DNA of 64,000 nucleotides from Cyanidioschyzon merolae (taxonomy: Eukaryota). Within the stretch, counting starts at the first letter, position 1. Every line of letters starts with the position of its first letter. Made by a program: the position numbers and the translations under genes. The stretch lies in the NCBI GenBank assembly GCA_000091205.1, contig AP006486.2; one strand, given 5' to 3'. Below the pieces are notes generated by a model that did no database searches, was not told the origin of the DNA, and was given only the letters and a program-made list of their open reading frames with translations. Shown piece by piece: positions 11,467 to 22,981 of this stretch.

Positions 11467-13386
11467 CTACTGCTTTGCATCAAGAGATGCCGTTTTGTGC
11501 ACGGACTCTGCAGTGGGCGGGGCACTATGCTTCAGCCGCTTAGGCCAAGGGCGTTGCCATTCTCTGCTGCTCCAGGCGTCTAATTTTGCCGGCGACTCGC
11601 TCGCTGACAGCTTATCGGTTTCTCGCCTAATAGTGATGCGATCAAGATAGATCGCATCATCACATCCTATGCGAGCGCGTACGAGCGTTGGTCGAAAACT
11701 AGTTCTAACCATTGTACTCTGGTCACAAAGTGGAGTCGAGTCTGGGAAACACATGAGCCGCTTCGGGCCAACAGCTGGCGTGTCCGCGATCCGCTTCATG
11801 CCATCGGAGCTCATCCTGGACGCGCTCACCACAAGAGAGGTTTGCTCCTCGGGATGATTCTTGGACGCTGCAGCGTCGAGGATAGCGTATGCCATTGGCG
11901 TCGTCAGACGCGCGATCAGCGTGGATGCGCAGCGTAGCGGCTTTCGTAAGCGCGACGCCTCAAGCTCCATTGATGGTGCAGGACGCGCACCCTGAGGGAT
12001 ACTGCGTTCGGCAGTGATGTTTCCAAGCTGCGAACGCTCTTGTACGGAATGCGATAGACTTGGATCGGCCCACAACGGAATTCCGTGCACCCTCCAGTCA
12101 AATGGATTGATACCGTCACGAAAGAAACCCCCTGAGAAGTACCGAAGTCTTCGGAACGCTTGAAAGCCTTTCTCATCAAAGCCGTAGAGATCTCGTTTCG
12201 GAGCTGCAACAACAGAACCAGCGCTGCCGCTATCAGGGGGTTTCGCGGCGCTCGTTGCTCGAATCTTTGTGACGGAGGTTCCCGAGTGATCGCTAGATGC
12301 TTTCTCTTCGCTGCGCCTTCTGTGTGCACTGTTCCATTTCAAAACCCCTTTTCGGGCTAGTTCCGCGATGTTCGTCAAATGGCGATAGAGATCGGCCCCA
12401 ATCGGCGTTTTCAGTGGCAGGATCTTGGCAGCTTTTTGAATGAGCTCAAGATGCGGGTAGCGTAACTGCAGCGTGGCCAATTGACTCGAAATTGTGAAGA
12501 GAACGAGGTCGAGTTTGATCCGCTCTCGTTTCATGACCTGTTCCATGATCGTTCTAACTCTCTCCATGTCTTGCCTGATCCTGCGTAATCGTTTGTAATT
12601 GTCGAACGTGTTTGATCGAGCTCGCCTTTTCTGTTCTTCATCGTTACGTGGCCTGAAAGCTACCGACGGGTCTGGATTGTTCACATCGGGCGGATCTCGA
12701 AGATAACGTAGAATCGGTTGACCGCCACGCTGCTCACGTTTCCGTCTCCAGTGCATGTATAGTGCATCTATATGCTGCTCATTTAAGCCGAGAGTGGCGT
12801 CTTTCATTAGCTGGGATTTGGCGCTGTTCGGCGACATGAGCGTCCGAGCGGTACCCTGCTCTTTTTCCAGAGCGTCCATTGCACGCTCGAAGGTGTCAAG
12901 ATCGATACATAGTTCATTTTGCGCGAAACGCTTGTCCCCATCATCAGCCTCGTAGTCGATCTCTCGCTCGAGTAGGGCCCTGTCGTCGGCGCGTGCATCT
13001 ACGTAGGTGTCGCTCAGCTGGAAACGGTTCCGCACTTGCTCCAACAGAGCCTCGGTGTAACACGGAATCTCCCGAATGACGGGTACGGGTATGATAACTG
13101 TGCGCCTTCCGTCTATATGATCGCATGATGCGCTCTCCGCATCCTCCTCTTGTGCGGTGGATTTTGTCTCTGCGCGTTTTATGCGCAGATTCATAGATGC
13201 TAAGAGCGCTTCTTGAAGATGGCGTTCTCCAAGCTCACCTTCTTCGACTCCAGTGCCATATTCTGGCAAGGCCCGCTGAGCGGAGACCACTTCGACATCG
13301 GACTTGAGGTCCGCATCTGAGCGGATGATGAGCAGAGGGCGTTGCAGGTCAATGGCCCTCGGCCGGAAGAGCGCGCGGCGTGACAT
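11467..13386 (-). CDS. Enhancer of Polycomb-like protein (EPcA N-terminal domain), a NuA4/HAT-complex EPL1/EPC homolog
   Basis: The N-terminus 'RPRAIDLQRPLLIIRSDADL...LPEYGTGVEEGELGERHLQEAL...IIPVPVIREIPCYTEAL...FQLSDTYVDA...IDYEADDGDKRF' matches the conserved EPc-N blocks (TGVEkeEEhHLQ, IP-P, YD-D-eD). The C-terminal half is low-complexity and basic/Ser-rich. Confidence 0.6.
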   Translation of the reverse strand: MSRRALFRPRAIDLQRPLLIIRSDADLKSDVEVVSAQRALPEYGTGVEEGELGERHLQEALLASMNLRIKRAETKSTAQEEDAESASCDHIDGRRTVIIPVPVIREIPCYTEALLEQVRNRFQLSDTYVDARADDRALLEREIDYEADDGDKRFAQNELCIDLDTFERAMDALEKEQGTARTLMSPNSAKSQLMKDATLGLNEQHIDALYMHWRRKREQRGGQPILRYLRDPPDVNNPDPSVAFRPRNDEEQKRRARSNTFDNYKRLRRIRQDMERVRTIMEQVMKRERIKLDLVLFTISSQLATLQLRYPHLELIQKAAKILPLKTPIGADLYRHLTNIAELARKGVLKWNSAHRRRSEEKASSDHSGTSVTKIRATSAAKPPDSGSAGSVVAAPKRDLYGFDEKGFQAFRRLRYFSGGFFRDGINPFDWRVHGIPLWADPSLSHSVQERSQLGNITAERSIPQGARPAPSMELEASRLRKPLRCASTLIARLTTPMAYAILDAAASKNHPEEQTSLVVSASRMSSDGMKRIADTPAVGPKRLMCFPDSTPLCDQSTMVRTSFRPTLVRARIGCDDAIYLDRITIRRETDKLSASESPAKLDAWSSREWQRPWPKRLKHSAPPTAESVHKTASLDAKQ

Positions 13387-15743
13387 GGTAACTAGAAGAA
13401 GCTATATCAACTAGTACAAAACAGTACCAGGAGTCAACGCTCCCGAGCCTCACTGAGCGCCAGCCCCCCGGTACTGCGGGAAGCGAAGTTTTGCAGAGCT
13501 GTAGCTTCAGACAGTCCAGATCAAGAGCCTTTTTCCAGGATATTGTATAGTCCTGTTTGCGCTCAGGGGTTTTTCTGCCGACAAAAACCCGAAAAACGCC
13601 TCTCCCACAGGGTCTCCAAAGAACGTGACGTTTCAGAGTGTCACGCGGTTACCGTACCGCACCCATGGGTATGCTGCCCCCGCCAACCTCTGTCGCCGGT
13701 TGGCTCTTAATGACTATAAGAGTCAACCAGAGCGACCGTTCCAATCAGAACCAAGATTTCAAAAGAACTCAACGATAAGCTTAAGTAGACACGCAGCTGT
13801 GGCGTTGTAAGACGGATTAAAATTGCATGACTCAACTGCGCGCTCTGCTCTAGCCTTTCGATTTTTTCAAAGTTTTTGAAGATATGCAGCATCGACATTC
13901 CAAGAGCAACAGAAAAGGTACACGGGTTCATAAGCAATTCTCGGATTCTCGGACGCCTCTTCAGAGTGGCCCTTTCTACTCCCTGCAGCTGTGATTCGTT
14001 GCGTCACCGTCATGAGCATGACTCGCGACGCACTCTGAAATAGTTGCGTCCAAAAACCGATGCTGTTATCCATTTATTGAGTGCAAACCTCCATTCTACC
14101 CCTTTACTTATGTGTATCATGTCGAAATCGCACATTGTCCAAATTTTAGGTCTTCCTGCTTCAAGGCAACTCGTGGGCGCAGCAATTCGCGCCGCGGGAT
14201 ACACAAGGAATACGTCTCGACATCGTTCTTGAACGACAGTTGACGAGCTTCTGTGAGAAGCTACGTGCACTTTTCATGTCAAATTGTCGGTTCCACTCTA
14301 AAGACCAGTTCGCCTCAGTTCAAGGACATCCACGAGACAAGCATTCTGAAACAGCATGATAGCTTTCACGGTGCATGCACCGAGAAGCGTCCCGCTCTTT
14401 AGTTTGCATGAAAAAAAGAGTCTTGGTTTCGGAATTAAATCACCGCATCGATCGCTTCTGATGAAGAGCGTGTCACCGCTTTGCAAGAAGAAAACCCAGA
14501 CGGATTTAAGTAGCTCGATTGCTTGTTCAGTCTGGGTTTTCGTCACGGCATTTGTTTCATCGAGGACTGCATCGGGCTCCACAAACCCGATATCGGATGT
14601 GACAGTGTGCGCTTGCACGAGCAGCGCACAGCGCACTCCCCGGGAGGATCGCTGCTAATAAACCCATGATCATAGGGTACTGCATCGGGTGCGGGTACGG
14701 AGGAGTGCATTGCGGAGAGCCACGTGTCCGAATCAAGCGCATAAAACGAGCCCTGACGCAAGCGCTCTCGCGCCACAGCGCAGCGCTTAGAGCAGGTGAT
14801 GTTGTGGACATAAAGGAAAACCTGGGCATGTTCAACAGTCACCGTCGCGAAGCGCGCACCGAGGCTGTATGCAAGGAAAATGAAGAGAGCGAGCGAAGCA
14901 TAGATCGGAAGAAACTTCTGTGCATGAAACGCTCGTACGATAGACGGAGGCTGCTAAATCGAGAGTTGAATGCTACTATAACAGCCTTCGACTGCTGACA
15001 AGATAGCTGTAAGAACGAGAGAGATCGTCGTTTCAAAGATGGATATAAGAGAAAGGAAATCTAGTCATAGCAGAAAGAAAAGCCCGCTGAGGCTAGTGTT
15101 GATGATAGTGGTAAGTGTCCGAAACTTTAGCTCGTGTGCCCGAATTAGTGGAACCGCTCCACTCCAGTCTAATATTCCTGTAGTCTGTACGAAAAAACGC
15201 TGTCCGGATGATCTGGAAGCATAACGCCGCAACGGCCATGTAAGCAAAAACGCTGATTGACGAAGGTGCTTGCAAGCACCGTGAACTAGCTACCAGTCAA
15301 AATTGCTCTGTGCTTAGAACATGGGCGAGAGAGGCAGACCATCAACGCTTCGCCTCGGGTCGAGTGCTCAGGTACGCTCAGTCGCTCAGGGGAGACACGT
15401 ACACACAAGTCAGCATTCCGTGAACCAGATGTTGCTTTTGGGACATGATCGTCGCCGTCATCCGTGACGCTTCGACTTTCGTGCGTCCGTGCCACAGCTC
15501 TCGTGGAATGCACGTTTTCAGATATTCGATAGGCCATCGCGAAGGTTACAGTGCATGGCGCACTCACGAAAACATATTCAAGGGTGAGCGATCCGCAGGC
15601 AACAGAGTCGGAATGCGATCACATTCTAGGACGATCCGCGAGTCGATCCGGTATGATGGAGAACGGACTCTGGTGTGTAATTACGATTTCTCTGGCTTCA
15701 TATTTGGCTGCAGTGACATATAATTATTTATTAAAGCCTATGC

Positions 15744-17555
15744 CTACGTTCCCACGGCTTCAGCAGCTACCTCACGTTCCGAAATATTGCGCAAGCATTT
15801 CCAGACAGCAGAGTTGCACTTGAAGCCGCTCCCGAAAGCAATTTGCCAGGTTCTGTCTCCCCGGCGCATCTTTCCTGAACGCTCGATGAATTGGAGTTCA
15901 TACCATATAGATGCGGATGATGTGTTCCCGAAACGATACAGCGCGTACCGACTGGGTTCTACATCCTCTGGAGTCAGTCTGAGAGACGCCTCGATCGTAT
16001 CGATGACAGCTCGACCGCCAGTGTGAATGCAAAAGTGTTCGAATGCTCTGTGAAAGTCCGGAACGTACGACTTGACGTGCTTCTGACCCAAATACCTTCG
16101 GCGCGCTAAATTCACAAAGAATCGAATGTGGACGTCTAGCGGGAAAACAAGCGGCCCCAACCGAAAGATGTTCTCTCGCAGCGTCTCGCCGGCGATCTCC
16201 ATGATGTGTTTGGATAATCGGACGCCCCGAATCCCCTTCTCATCTTCCTCCTGGAAGATACAACGGTATGCTAGATCATCGGCGCCCCGGTGCGTCCGGA
16301 CAGTGTGCAAAAGGGCATACTTGGCTCGCCTAGAATCACTGAGCCGATTACTTAGGAGCACGGCCGCTCCGCCGAGCCGAAACAGCGTATTTGTTATGAG
16401 CATGCTGCGCTCCTGTCCCAAATACCAATTCTGTGTTATATTCTCAGTACTCACGACCAAACAGAGAGCATTCCGGTGGCATTGGAGCAAGTCCTTGGCG
16501 AGATCGATGGAAATCAAGCCAGCGCTGCACCCCATTCCTGAAAGATTGTATGTCAGAATACTGGACTTCATTTTGAAATGGTTCACAATCATGGACGTTA
16601 GAGACGGCGTGGGGTTGAAAAGGGAGCAGTTCACGATGAGTATGTCAATGGCTTTTGGATTTGTTTTGGTGCTGCGGAGCAGTTCCCCAACAGTAGTGAA
16701 AAGGACCATTTCCGCCTCTCTGCGAGCGCTAGCCATATTGAGAACGCGATCACCGCGACCGCCATTTGCTCCAATCTCTTTCGCCCGGAACATGGCTTCG
16801 GGGAAGTAGGTACAGTCGCCAACGCTAGCTCGCTCCAGAAGCCTTTTCTGGAACTCGATTGATTCTGGGGTGAAGCAGTTGGCCTCCTCAGTAAGCCGCA
16901 GGAAAGTCTCCTTGGAGACTTTGAGTCGCTCAGGCGGAATGAACGTCGCAAAATCAAGCAGGTAGACGGGCTTTCTGCGCCATGTGAGATATACCACGCC
17001 ACTCAAAATGAGAAACAGGAACGTTATCGCCAGTTCGATGACGTTGTACTGGTACTTACCGCCGAGAAGACTCAGCGCTGGGGCCGAATAGTACGCTTCA
17101 TAGATTGTTGCAAACGAGACCACCACGAAAACGCCTAAGAAAAAGTGCGAAAGGTTCTGGAAGAACTCCGAAGACCTATACCCTGAAAAAATGTAGGAGA
17201 GGTTAACCCAGGCACCTGTTTCGCGCTCTTGCAAATACTGCAGCTGCACCCGCTGCCAGAGCGCCCGCGTCGAAAGCGACAGTGCAGTCAGCGGGTTTGA
17301 AGGTCGCCCACTGTGGGCGGCTGACTCTCCATTCGGGACCGCGTCAACGATGTCGGCGTTGCCCTGCCCGAGACTCGGATCTGGAGAAGCCATTCTATTT
17401 TCGGCCCTAAATCTTCTCTCACCGATACCTGTTAAAACAAGAGTCCTACCTGCTCGTTGTGGTGCAGGGCAAAAGCGTGGAGGCACCGGGAATCGATCGG
17501 TTGGCGCTCTGTCCAGAACCCGGGGCGAGGCAATGCGAATGCCTCGAGTTACCAC
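15744..17555 (-). CDS. 3-ketoacyl-CoA synthase (FAE1/KCS-type very-long-chain fatty acid condensing enzyme)
   Basis: 'FNPTPSLTSMIVNHFKMKSSILTYNLSGMGCSAGLISIDLAKDLLQ' is almost identical to the plant KCS active-site block FNPTPSLSAMIVN...NLGGMGCSAG.ISIDLAKD.LQ. The C-terminal 'HTGGRAVIDTIEASLRL' and 'FGNTSSASIWYEL' blocks are also present. The N-terminus is probably over-extended, with 'MASPDPS' the likelier start. Confidence 0.9.
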   Translation of the reverse strand: MVTRGIRIASPRVLDRAPTDRFPVPPRFCPAPQRAGRTLVLTGIGERRFRAENRMASPDPSLGQGNADIVDAVPNGESAAHSGRPSNPLTALSLSTRALWQRVQLQYLQERETGAWVNLSYIFSGYRSSEFFQNLSHFFLGVFVVVSFATIYEAYYSAPALSLLGGKYQYNVIELAITFLFLILSGVVYLTWRRKPVYLLDFATFIPPERLKVSKETFLRLTEEANCFTPESIEFQKRLLERASVGDCTYFPEAMFRAKEIGANGGRGDRVLNMASARREAEMVLFTTVGELLRSTKTNPKAIDILIVNCSLFNPTPSLTSMIVNHFKMKSSILTYNLSGMGCSAGLISIDLAKDLLQCHRNALCLVVSTENITQNWYLGQERSMLITNTLFRLGGAAVLLSNRLSDSRRAKYALLHTVRTHRGADDLAYRCIFQEEDEKGIRGVRLSKHIMEIAGETLRENIFRLGPLVFPLDVHIRFFVNLARRRYLGQKHVKSYVPDFHRAFEHFCIHTGGRAVIDTIEASLRLTPEDVEPSRYALYRFGNTSSASIWYELQFIERSGKMRRGDRTWQIAFGSGFKCNSAVWKCLRNISEREVAAEAVGT

Positions 17556-20500
17556 TATGCTGGTTGACTAATCTCCATGCCCCCTACGCTGAGGCTGTGC
17601 GCAGAAAGTGTATATAAAGACGTGCGACGTGACGCGGGCCGGGACGCATGTGTGCTCAAATCGCCGGAGCTTGGCGGACGAATCGCGATCGCCGCGCAGA
17701 TGGGGTCGGTGCTGCGTCGAGTCGCCGACGAGGTCGCTGATGGGCAGCTCTACGAGAATTCTCTTTTGTGGTGCAGGATCGCAGACATGACCAGTTATCT
17801 CCGGTGCGCAATTGACATAGACATCGAGAGCCGCATGCGTCATTCCGTATGAGAATTCCAGGCTCTGCCAACAACCAGTAATCAAACCGTCTCCTCCTTG
17901 GGTATCATGGTAAGCTCACAGAACGATTTCCCATCGTGCCGAGCCTACCATCCGTGCGGCTGGGGCGTCTGCAGCGCGGCTGCGGACGCCACACGGACAC
18001 ATAGTTGCTCTATCATATTCTTGCGGGTTCCGACTCGAGGTATTCGTCGGGGAGTAGGCTATGAATGACCCGCAGATGCCAGCGCACTGAATTGTGGGTA
18101 CACGGCGATGAGCTTGTGCAACGGGACGCTGTGCTGCTGTCAGGTCTCGCGTTTGGCGACGTGTTTTGCACCTCGGAACAAGAGGTCCAGTTTGGTACAT
18201 GATGCAGGTTCTCCAGTGCTCGGCGAACGGAGAGGATACGTGCCATTTGGAACATATCCCATCGAGAGAAATGAGAGGGGCGTGAGCATGCGGGCCTTCC
18301 TACCTGAACCTGTCGCTGATGAGGTTTCCGTTTTGATGAAAGCCTCAGATGGGGAGTGATATACGCTGTAGATCCATATCTCAGCCTGTTCGAATGCTTA
18401 TTCGCCGGGAAAGCTCAGCGGGTTGTATAGCAGCCCCTGCCGCTGCTGCGTTCCGTCTCCGCAGCCTGCTCAGGCCAACGTACACCGAGGCTAAACGAGC
18501 GGATTCGGTTACCAGAATGACCTGCATGGGTTGAGTCTGGAAAGGATTTTTTGATGTTGCCAGCACAGCTAAATTTTTTATGTTTCTGACGCAGCATTTT
18601 TTTGATGGAGCTCGACGTGCCGGGCCGCAGTGCCATGTCGCGGTGGGCTCGCCCAATCCTGCTGATGAAACTGCTATACTAGCCCGCAACGCAAAAACCG
18701 AGCGATATTCCAGCATTGAGAACGCTTCGAACACACCTTTCATCGGCGTTGCGCAAAGCTATGTCTCGGGGTGCCGCTGCTCGATCTTGTACAGGTGTCG
18801 CTGAGCGCTGCTGATCAATCAGTTTGATATACCTTCATTGAAAAAACGGCAACTTTCCAGCGCTGCTCATGCATGGCACGGGGCTTTGCATGCTCTATGT
18901 GGAAAGGTTTGTATCGGATTTCTCTATTCTGTAGCTGTAAACGTACATCCAAACATCGGGTTGCCTTCGCCAATTGAAAGACCCGCCAGGCTGCGGACGG
19001 ACGTCAGTTTGCCGTGTGTGTATTTCATCTGTATTCGCTTCGCAGTGTCGACTAGTACACGCAGACGCGGTTGCTCTGAAGGCCTTTGTTGCACTCGCAA
19101 CTTCTATGACATGCGATTTTCGCATCGGTGCCGCAAGGAAGCTCGCTGCCGCTGTACGATGGGCGCTGCCTCGCGAAACTCACGAAGCGCACTATGCCGC
19201 AGAAGACCGCGGATCTTGGTCCCGGTCAGAATTCCTGCGACAAGCCGGGCATTTAATATATGACATCAGTTTATGACTGGCCGCTGCGTGAGAACGGCGC
19301 GTTGACAAATAGCGCGGGCCACAAACTCCGCGGCATATGCAGAGGGTCCTCAGTCTTGCAATCGTTACACATTGGGTGTTCTGCGTGGACCGTATCATGG
19401 CTTGTGGCGGATAAACCGGACCTATTCTGCCATCCATGCATCGTGGGTGCAAAGGTCTGCCATTAGCAACCATTAAACTTCAATATAGCAGCGGAAAGCT
19501 TGTCTGCTGCTTCCATACGCATTACCGTGTCGAACATGTTTTCCACATGGACATAGCGCAAACGCGTCCAGCGGCAAGACGATCGAGGGCTTCCTGTCGT
19601 CCAGGGGGTCGCTCTGGAGCTCATGGAGCATATTAGCATCTGGAGAAGCACGGCAGTCTATTCTCTATGTATCGGGGGCGTCTACGCTACTCGGAGTTTG
19701 TAGTTTGAATTCATGATTCAACATCCTAAAGAAGAAATAAGGTGGGCGCTCTGCGCGCTTCTGATTCACTGAGAGCTACCTTCGACATAAACGACCAGTT
19801 TCTACAAAACTACAAGATGATGCCATGGTTCCTCCTGGGCTAGATAAAGCGGACAGCGTATAGCGAATGAAAATGCATAGCGCCGCAATTCTCGGCAGCT
19901 GCACCGAAGCCTTTCCGACTTGGTCCTTGCGTGAAAAGTGATTCCATTTCCAGCACTACGGTACAGAAGCCAGTACGAGTTCCTATGCGACGCACACAAA
20001 TGATCGCTCTGCAGTGCTGCTCATAGACACCACAACAGGATTGTGCAGCGGAATACGATAGCCATAAAGAAGCACAGCGAACTTCAAAGAAAACAGTTGC
20101 CTCCCACGAGATGACTTTTCGGCGATTCACGCCCAGTTCGGATCTACACTCAGAAAAAGACTTGCTACGATTGGCTCCATCCTCATAGCAGTATGGACGA
20201 TCAAACATCGCTGAGCTGCAACATTGAAGTCCGCACGAGCTGAGACTTTTCTCCAGGCGAATCGCCAATACTCTCTCTAAAGCCCCTATTTAACGCCTAG
20301 ATGGGCATCTCTTTCCAGTTTTAGCTTCAAAATAGAACATTGAGCAGTTCGCTATTTTGTGCTTTTCATTCTTATCCAGAACTTTGCCATAGGGTGTATA
20401 GCCTCGACATTCGAGGTGCTGCAATAATAGCCCGCGGATACATCAGCAGTATCAGGATTCTCGGTCGCATGTTCTGTGTGGCTCTAATGAATCTTTGCCG

Positions 20501-21871
20501 CTGGATATCGTTACTTTGCTAAAACGAGGATGATTGGCGACTCTTCCCTCGAGCACGGTCTCGTGCGATAATCGACATCACTATCCAGTATATCCGAAAA
20601 ATCCTCCGCTCTTCGTCTGTCCTTCTGGTTAGCATGGCCCAATCCCAGATGCTTCACGTTTTCGATCTTCCTTCCTGATGACGACTCATAAGCTCTGCAG
20701 CTCGCGCAGCTCGATAAACGAGGAAATGAATGTTCGACGTTATCCCATGACGACTTATATGTAAGCTCATGCGGAAAGGTAAATGAAATTGTTCCATCAA
20801 AAAAACGATTCCCTCCGAAAGAAAAATCATCTGAACTCTGTAGCGACCAACGAGATTGCATTGGGCAGCGACATGATGCCGTTCACCGGGTATGCTGCCA
20901 GAGGCTCCCGGCTCTCCTGTTTGCATGCGGGAGGGTTTTGGATTCGGACTTTCTGTCCCTGAATCGATCGATTCCTGTGAAGCGTGCATCATCGCATTGC
21001 TCGAAGGGCGCGTGGAAGGATCGGAATTATTCGACGTTCCGCAACGTGCATTTCCTTTCCGGTAAATGTTTCAGCATGAACAACATCGCGTTCCATAAAT
21101 CCACTACCGAATGGAACAGCGTGCATCAGCCCAAGCAGTGTTCAGGGTGCTCACCGAGGGGATCGCCCTACAGAAGCCGTTTATCGTCGGGTGCGGCATC
21201 AGGCGCGAAAACGGAGGAAGGCGTCAAGGAGACCCATCTGTAAGCGTCAAACATGTGAACCGAATGATGAAGCAAGCCTTTACGTGCCGTGAATTTGCCC
21301 TCTGAAGATAAAGTGCTGTGGACATATCGGAAAACCTGACCACGGTCATTTGTAACCGCTTTCTGTGTAAGGGACGCACTTGCGCAGTTTATGAAGAAGA
21401 TTACGCAGCAGGCAAACTGCAGATGCCAACATCATCTCCTGATGAAAAGCGTGGGAAACAACCGGAAGATGCCAAGTCGGGATCAAGGCCGCCATGAACA
21501 CCGTTCGACTCCTAAGAACAGAACCGGAGGTAACGGAGAAACCGGAGTATCATCAGTCTGAGATTAGATAGAAGAAAAGGGAAGCAGCCGTTGAAGAGCT
21601 CGCGTAGAATAACGATCAGGATAGCGGGCAGCTATCAAAGCTTTAGCACATATGCCAGAATTACCAAGGTGAAACTTTCCCATTAAGTCTGACATGAGTA
21701 TCGTTAGAAGTAACGTTCTGTCGACCGATGAATCTGACTCGGGTGATGGGGATGCCGCCGCCCCGGAGCCTCGCCCCAAACGCTCCTGCATTCTTGTTCT
21801 CGTCAGTGGCGAGGTGCTGCTGGCAGAACGTACCTCCCTCTGGTGGCGAACTCGAACCCAAGTAACATCTC

Positions 21872-22981
21872 TTGGTTCGTATTTCTCCGCTTGGTGCGAT
21901 ATGCTTTAGCGGAGACCATGCGATATCCCTGCAAGCCATGGTAAGCCTAAGCTCTTGCGTTCGGGCTGCTCTGCGTAGTCTCTACCCTGGGCTCCGTATG
22001 CTGCAGTTTACACCGAGGCGCATATTCGGCCTTTTGCCGGTGCTCACCGTCTGCCTTCTGATAGCTCTGGGCTATATAGCAATCGTGGTGGTGACCCTCG
22101 TACCAATGCTGGCCGCGAAACCGTTCTGGGCGACAGTGCTACTCCTATTAGTTCACTGCATTCTTGTGCTGTTACTGTGGTCATACGCCGCGGTGGTGCT
22201 TGTTGACCCGGGGCACGTTCCAGCGACGTGGTCCTTCGCCCGCCTTGGGTGGCCTCTTGAGCTTCGAGGCTCACCGGAAGCACGGGATTTCGTGGCGAAA
22301 AGTGACCTGTCCGACGCAGCGGACGGTTCTGAACGTGGAATGCTCGTCGAAGGCCTACGATTCGTCCCTAATGACAAAGTCAAGCTTCCTGCGGTTGTGC
22401 TCATGCGAAATCGATTCAACAGATATCGATACTGCAGCAAGTGTCTGATCTACAAGCCTGACCGAGCGCATCATTGCAGTGCACTGGAACGCTGCGTTCT
22501 AAAGATGGACCACTTTTGTCCGTGGACGAATAACACTGTCGGCTTCTATAATCACAAGTTTTTCGTGCAGTTTCTTTACTATGGATTTATGGCATGCCTC
22601 GTCACAGCAGTTCTATCTTTTCCAGCGATTGTACAGCGCCTATCGATGGAGATCTCTGACGAGCAAACAAGAGAGTTCGTCATCGTCATTCTCGGACTTA
22701 TTGGCTGGATTGTTTGTGTAATTTTCGCGTTTGCCTTACTTTTTTTCGCTGCGTTTCATACGTACCTTGTGCTCAGAAATCGCACAACGATAGAGACATA
22801 TGAAGCAACAGATCCAACTACAGCATTGGTACTGGAGGCGTTTGATTTGGGGCCCAGAGCGAACTGGAAGAGTGTGTTTGGGGAGCACGTATGGGCGTGG
22901 ATCCTTCCGGTGTGGAGCAGACACCATCGCGGAGACGGCATCTCATGGGAAACCAGGGTTCACCGGGAAGCCTTCGTCTAA
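21872..22981 (+). CDS. DHHC-type protein S-acyl (palmitoyl) transferase
   Basis: It carries the DHHC-CRD '[44 protein letters not shown]' flanked by four hydrophobic transmembrane segments. Confidence 0.9.
   Translation: MVRISPLGAICFSGDHAISLQAMVSLSSCVRAALRSLYPGLRMLQFTPRRIFGLLPVLTVCLLIALGYIAIVVVTLVPMLAAKPFWATVLLLLVHCILVLLLWSYAAVVLVDPGHVPATWSFARLGWPLELRGSPEARDFVAKSDLSDAADGSERGMLVEGLRFVPNDKVKLPAVVLMRNRFNRYRYCSKCLIYKPDRAHHCSALERCVLKMDHFCPWTNNTVGFYNHKFFVQFLYYGFMACLVTAVLSFPAIVQRLSMEISDEQTREFVIVILGLIGWIVCVIFAFALLFFAAFHTYLVLRNRTTIETYEATDPTTALVLEAFDLGPRANWKSVFGEHVWAWILPVWSRHHRGDGISWETRVHREAFV

Noticed and set aside
16126-16809. 227-aa ORF on the + strand
   Set aside because: It is entirely antisense to the strongly supported KCS gene. 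It has a GC-rich, Arg/Ser/Pro-rich composition typical of spurious antisense ORFs.
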